A stretch of DNA of 64,000 nucleotides, from assembly GCA_964016885.1 (NCBI GenBank), contig OZ024740.1:368714001-368778000 (forward strand), in the 5' to 3' direction. The position numbers and the translations under genes were made by a program. Shown one piece after another: positions 57,610 through 64,000 of the stretch. The notes below the pieces were generated by a model, which was given only the letters and a program-made list of their open reading frames with translations, had not been told where the DNA came from and searched no databases. The stretch is from Eledone cirrhosa. Its lineage: Eukaryota. How positions within the stretch are numbered: the stretch's first letter is position 1; each line of letters opens with the position of its first letter.

Positions 57610-58291
57610 ATATCGGATATTGTTTATCGTTAATTCGTGAGCTGATTTTCCGATACTCGATTATTCTATTATATTTAGCTCTAGACCTAGCTATTGACCA
57701 GTTAATTTTATTGATCAATTTTTGTCGGTTCTATTGACTGATGAATAACTCCTGTTTATTTTAACATGTCTATTGAGCACTCTGATTCGATATGTGATAT
57801 TTTGTATTCCTACATGATTTCCACATTACCGAAATTTTTTTCGCTAATATAGAGGTTATCTCCCTTGCTGGGCACCATGTGCGTGTCTGGCTAAAGGTCA
57901 CTTCTTTATTATCGGACGGAACTCGTTGATAAAGCTCTTCCGGTCCACTCCTTCTCTAGAAGTCTTATATATTTTTATGTTGGCTGATAGTGAACGGATT
58001 AAGGAATTGCAGAAACCCAAGAAGCTAGATTTAACACCCTTCTAGCGGGTCCGGGTAGTTTTTTACATTCATTTAAATTATTGATTTATTGATATTTTAT
58101 TTGAGTGACCCGAACCTTCCTGGTCGTTCTTTTTCCGCTGTACGGGTGATTTTAGGCATAATCTCTATGTGTTGGTAATTTAACGATAGTTATAGCTCTG
58201 ATTTATCCAAATTATTGAGCCCTCTGCCACTCATATCGGATATTGTTTATCGTTAATTCGTGAGCTGATTTTCTGATACTCGATTATTCTA
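57610..58291. repeat. Insert with 59-bp direct terminal repeats (623-bp period) in (TA)n
   Basis: atatcggatattgtttatcgttaattcgtgagctgattttc.gatactcgattattcta at 57610 and 58233. Confidence 0.85.
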
Positions 58292-58349
<58 letters not shown>

Positions 58350-58559
58350 ATGTAACTAAGTATTTGCGCATGGCATGAATGTGTGTGTGTATATATATAA
58401 AAACTTGTATGTGTGTCGAGGAATATATCCGTATGGGGTGGGGGGGGGGGCATATATTTAATTCGCAATATACATATGTAAGTACGCATGTACGAATAAA
58501 AGATCGTGCGGTCAATCCGGTGTTTGACATGTGTTTATGCGATTGTACTAATGTATGTA

Positions 58560-58890
58560 TTTGGTCTGAAGGATCGGATTGTGCTAAGATCAGCCACAGT
58601 GCTACATTTTCCTTCTATTCTGTCATCAATTGGAATCGCATGTTGCTTCACTTGGCTGCTTATATCGTGTTGATGGCCATGATAGTACCGTTCCTATACT
58701 TGTTCTTGATTTTGGCTATATGCTTGAGGAAGAACGAGGATTTTGTTTTTATATGTTCTTTTAATCTGATGTGCAGGTTTCGAATAGTGCTGCGATGTAA
58801 AATTGACTGCCATTGCTACATTATAAACTTTACACTATGTACTTGGCCAGGAAAAGAGTTAGTGTTGTGGATGTGGTAATTGCTCAAAGA
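58560..58890 (-). pseudogene. PLE-type GIY-YIG endonuclease relic
   Basis: Reverse complement reads QFYI(G)STIRNLHIRLKEHIKTKSS..KHI across a frameshift. Confidence 0.6.
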
Positions 58891-60944
58891 ACCCGTTTTA
58901 TCTCCGTTCAGAAATTGTTCTTGAGATAGTCATCTCTGCTGGGATTGTCCCGAGTTGATCAGTCAAATGCCATGGCCTTCTCAAATATTTATAGCTTATA
59001 TGTATTGTTTCGGGATCTTATATACATATTTTTCATAACCAAGCAGATGCAGTTTGAAATGTTCCAAACCGTTACTACTAATAATGAATATTGTATATTT
59101 TCGACGTATAATTAAGTTCCTTTACGTTCAATATAGGTGTTTTCACTGCCAGTTGAGAATATTTTCACATGTGAAAACATCAACGTTTCCCGCTGATAAA
59201 ATACATATAAATTATAGAACAATTGAAATAATATCTCACTAATAGCTGAACAAAAATAAAATCCCAATTTTAATATACAACTGCTACCATTTATGTGGCT
59301 AACTTAATTCCAAGCAACATTTGATAATACATTAATCAACGCAATTTTCTACCAAAGGTAACTGCAGCTCGCTAGTCTCATGGATAAACGACTAGCACTA
59401 TGAATGTATAATTAGATTTCTATAGAAAAATCTACGCGATATATGATTATACAGTCGAAATAAACTTTGATAAATGCTATGACTTTGTTTTTATCGATGT
59501 ATGAAATATTAATAGTATCATTTTAATCAACTTGCTTGTTCAATATACCGAGGTGCCAAATGATTATAAAGCTAGCATTACATTTAAACTATGTATATCC
59601 ATTATAATTTGAATTCTGTTTGGTACAAATATTTCACTTTTTCGCTAGCTATTAAAATGATTTAAATATATTGCAAAATAATGGTTATATCATTCAAAAT
59701 GGGACTAAAAGAATGCTCTACCAATATTTGTATCGGCTACTACTTAAGTACTGATGATTCTCGTGTGATTAGATTAGTCTTCTTCTTTGATAAAACAGCA
59801 GATTGTGTACTCTATCCTGTTTAATAGATCATCATATGTTGCGTAAAATGATAATAATTCAATATTATTGTGATTTCATTTGGAAACAATACGTTTATTA
59901 TTAATCAATGAATGCGAAAATGATGAAAAGGTCGTTACGATGCCCTTTCTAGCAGTGGTATATTTCTTGCTAGCAGGCGGGTTCTACAGGAAAGGTACCC
60001 TGAAACGATAAATGTAACAACATTTGAATTATTCTTAGGGAAGCGATCTCTCTCGCATCCAGTCATAAAGCCCTTTCATTTCAATGATATATGGAGACAT
60101 TATTGCTTCAGCATGGTGCAAATCATTTAATATGAACAAGGAGAATAGTATACATTGTAAATATGTTACATCTATGTTGATACTAACGCATGCTATTTCG
60201 TGTTTGCTCGTTACTACGAGACAGTCTAATGTAAATGATCCAATCTAAATTCATGAATATTTGGATAAACTCTCTAGGAAAGTAAATGAGATTTCGCACT
60301 ATTACGAGGCGGCCAATTAATTCAGAAAATGGCGTTGATTTAAGCTGAGTAATTACGTAACATTGGAAATAAATTAGGTTGCTTTTCTTTCCCAGCATAT
60401 CAAATAAGAATAAAGATAGCTGAATAAAAGAATTTTGTTCTGTGTCAAATATCGACCATCTAACAGGATTTAGTAGAGACATTGTACAGTGATACAAGGA
60501 TTTATACATCTATATAATGTTTCTATATGTTTGCTTATTTTTTTATAACTGATTATATCAAGACTTATTTCAAAACTATACGTGAATGATGACATAATCA
60601 CGTAGATTCGTATACTTTATTTGTTCTACGAATATAAGTTTTCTTATTAAAGATTTGTAACATGCAAAATTAAATTAGGCATAATCAAGGAAGGAAACGT
60701 TATATTGCCAGTTGACTTACAACTAACAGCATACAAAACTTCAAATTTCACTGAACCCTACTTAAACACGAACGAAATATAATAAAATTTAGCTAGATAT
60801 ACTGGAATGAATGTTCTCAAAAACACATGAAATGTATATGGAATAATGTATTACTAATGCAAGTTTGCACACAAACAAACACGTAAACACTCACACACAG
60901 ACACACACACATATACAAATACACATGCATATATATAACGTGAA

Positions 60945-63500
60945 CTTACTAGATCCCAAGTGGATGTCATCCTTGCGGCCAGGAAAACCATAATTGTATT
61001 TGATGATCAATTATAGACCCGCAAAAATACACCTAACAACTTCGATATCACTATGGGATCTAGCGACTCAGCATAGGTCACAAACTTAGTTGGTTTATTT
61101 CTCTTAAACGAAATCCATAAGAATTTACCTACCTTAACGGCGGTTTCTATCGACACGACGCACTTAATATAGAAAGAAGTAGAAAATAATAACATAGCGT
61201 ATTAAAAAACTTCAACTTAGGTATCAACGCAGATAAAAACACCAAAAACGTTAACTTCTTTGGTGTCACCCTTTACTCAGACTTTGAAACATATACATCA
61301 TATCATACACCAAATGAAAAACTTTTTTATGTTAATACCAATTCTAACCACCACAAATTTGTATGAGCTCATTCATTAAGGGGTATCTAATAGAATATCT
61401 AGTCTTTCTTATAACGAGATTATATTTAACCGTAACTCCCAATACTATCATGAAGCCTTAGCTCGCTCGGGCCATAGAGATAAAATAAAATTTCACATAA
61501 TATGGCCATAAATAGAATTATATATTATAATTCTATTCATGGCCATGCTCATTGTATTGAAGATCCTGCCTCCAACACCGAGGGTATCAACAAAGTTAAC
61601 CCACACCACAACAATAGTCTCTGGAAACACCGCATAGAGAAAAAGTATGTTAAAAACGAAAATATAAATAATACTGTACCTAACACCACACGAAATAATA
61701 TAGTTAATCAGAATAATATAAATATAAAGAAAAATCATGAGAAAAAGATAAGAAGAAGTAATACATTTTTTAATCCTCCTTTCAACTTAAATGTCTCCAA
61801 CATACCTAAAGCTTTCTTCTCAATTATAGATAAAAACTTCCCCATTTACCATAAATCCCATAACCTATTTCACAAAAATACTATTAACATCTCTTACTCT
61901 ACCACACCTAACATTGCGGATCATATAGCTAGCAGTAACAAGAAGAAGATTAGTAAATACTTCAAATTAAACCAAGTTAATAATGTCGAACATAGAAATA
62001 ACCTTAATAATAACTCAGAACAGTAGTATATTGCAAGTAATAGTAATAATACTAATATTAATGACATTAATACTTACCATAATCTTAATACTATAAGTAT
62101 AAACAGTAATAACCGTTCAACATCATGCCCCCTTAACCAATATACTATTAAGAATAACAATTGTATGTTTAGACCTAATAGAACTTGCCTATTAAGTAAT
62201 AATTGGCTTATTAAAGACATCATCTACTCCTGTACTGCTAATCAAATTTCGAAAGTGTATATAGGTTCATCATCGAATAGTTTTAAGACCAGATATAACT
62301 CGCACCTTCGTTCGTTTAGAAACCCTAGACTTAGTAATGCCACCTCAATATCAACAACATACACTCATTAAAAACAAGAAGTGTACCATATCCCCTATAG
62401 CGAAGGCCCCTTCTTATAACCCACCTAACAAACTCTGTAACCTTTGCTTCCTTGAGTCTCGCACTACTGTTCATTCAAATCACAACCTACTAAATAGAAA
62501 AGCATAAGTTTTCTCCACGAGTCCACATTGCCACATATAATTACCTCCCTTTGTTATTAACTCCACTTATGAATATCGTTCCCTTTATTTTTTTTTTCAT
62601 TTCATAACGTTAAAACAATTTAACGACATTTTTTACCGTTAGACTTTGTCTAATGACTCTTAATAGAACTCGCACATAATGGAAAGGAAACTACTATTTC
62701 TTAATAGAAAATTTAAGGATAGGAATGCATTGTATAATATATTTCCTATCGCTAGTAATACAATGGAATTTATCTTTACTACACATATTTTTAAACTCTA
62801 CGCATCTCAAACACATTACAACTAAAATTAAAAACATTCCTTGTACACTACATTGGCTTTACATCCAACATATACATTTATACACGAATTCTAATATATA
62901 AATTCTTCAGTGACAATTACCTATCTCATTTACTTACGTTTTATGCATTATACATTACACAACATTTATTTATTTTATCATTACACATTTCTTTACCATA
63001 ATGCATGCCATTTTTACATTTTCAACACTTTTAATATGATATAACATTCTGCATGAAATATGCTTGGTTTATTCATTTTATAACTCTTACCTCATGCATG
63101 CCTTTATTAACTTTTGCATTATATAACCTTCATTTTACCTTATTTTCAATGCTATGATATCTTTTATCTATCTCCTCTGACATCTTTTTTGGTTGGTATC
63201 TTTTGCACATGTATTACCTTAAAGAATATCTTTATATATAATATGCTCAATATTTCGCTTTTCACCATTGCTCCTTATACTGTGATATCTGTAAAATAAC
63301 ATCTTTTTGTAACTCCTGCTTTTCAAAATGATGTCACTGACACTGCCAAGAGTTATGTATCTATCAATGTTGTGAAGACTAGGATTATAATTACTTGTTT
63401 AAACATTGTATGTGCTCCGATGAAGCCAAACATTCGTCTGGAAGAAACAATTGTCAGCAATTGTATTAAACTAAAATGTGATTGTTTTATATTCTGTATA
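60945..63500 (+). mobile_element. Decayed 5'-truncated Penelope-like element with a long 3' UTR and a terminal HHR
   Basis: FDITMGSSDSA..LVGLF, DDAL, VNF..VT, NSNH, FFNPPFN..KNFP..ISYSTTPN, IIYSC..KVYIGSSSNSFKTRYNSH..SF, CNLC. Confidence 0.88.
63413..63459 (+). ncRNA. Hammerhead-like motif, CCGATGA core, at a PLE 3' end
   Basis: TGCT CCGATGA AG CCAAAC ATTC GTCTGG AA GAAA CAATTG TC AGCA. Confidence 0.62.
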
Positions 63501-64000
63501 TATATATATGACTGAATACGAATAAAACAGCTGTGAAAAGATTGCCAATGATAGGTCTGAGTAGAGACGTTAATGTCATATGAAGCTTGTCAACTTGAAG
63601 AATAACAGAAGAACGTATTCTTCATGAAATCAGTTGAATGTAAAACGAAGTCATAATTATCAACACAACAGTATTTCTGCAAACAATCAATGTTTTCATT
63701 GCAGTTTTTGAGCTGGACCAATTACTGTGAGACAATGTAGTTTCAGGACTCACATCATTCCTGATGATTTGGAAAGCTTGACATGCAAGGTCTGTAACTG
63801 TTTCTTTAAAAATGTTGCAGGCCAGAAATTCTGTAAGCGTTTTCATCAAATGGAAAAACGTGGGTAGATATTTTTACATGAAATCAACTGACTGTTTCAT
63901 GGGTAGGATCTGGTATTGCTTTATCCTGTGTTTTTTTTTGTTTTCAATTTAACTCATCTAAACCGAACTGATGAACCGTTGAAGAGAAGCAAATTATTCT

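Overview
A 64-kb AT-rich eukaryotic window made almost entirely of repeats. The SINE family and microsatellite style suggest an octopod or other cephalopod genome (inference). No host protein-coding gene could be supported. Contents: (i) two families of R4/Dong-like RLE non-LTR retrotransposons sitting in (AAT)n tracts, one copy near full length (about 31.9-35.9 kb); (ii) GC-rich CRE-like RLE fragments; (iii) at least six decayed Penelope-like elements (PLE; RT plus GIY-YIG), mostly bounded by (TA)n; (iv) tRNA-derived SINEs, a mariner relic and an RTE relic; (v) abundant (TA)n, (CA)n, (GA)n and (AAT)n. The main observation comes from hand-folding: about 9-10 mostly unrelated families of minimal type-I hammerhead ribozymes (HHR). 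They occur at PLE 3' ends, in foldback inserts, and in two non-coding tandem arrays (466-bp x3 and 470-bp x2) that look like retrozyme-type, circRNA-forming non-autonomous retroelements. Several HHRs have non-canonical cores (U3-A8 covariation, C or A at position 4, U-U at the base of stem II). All folding was done by eye; no searches were run.
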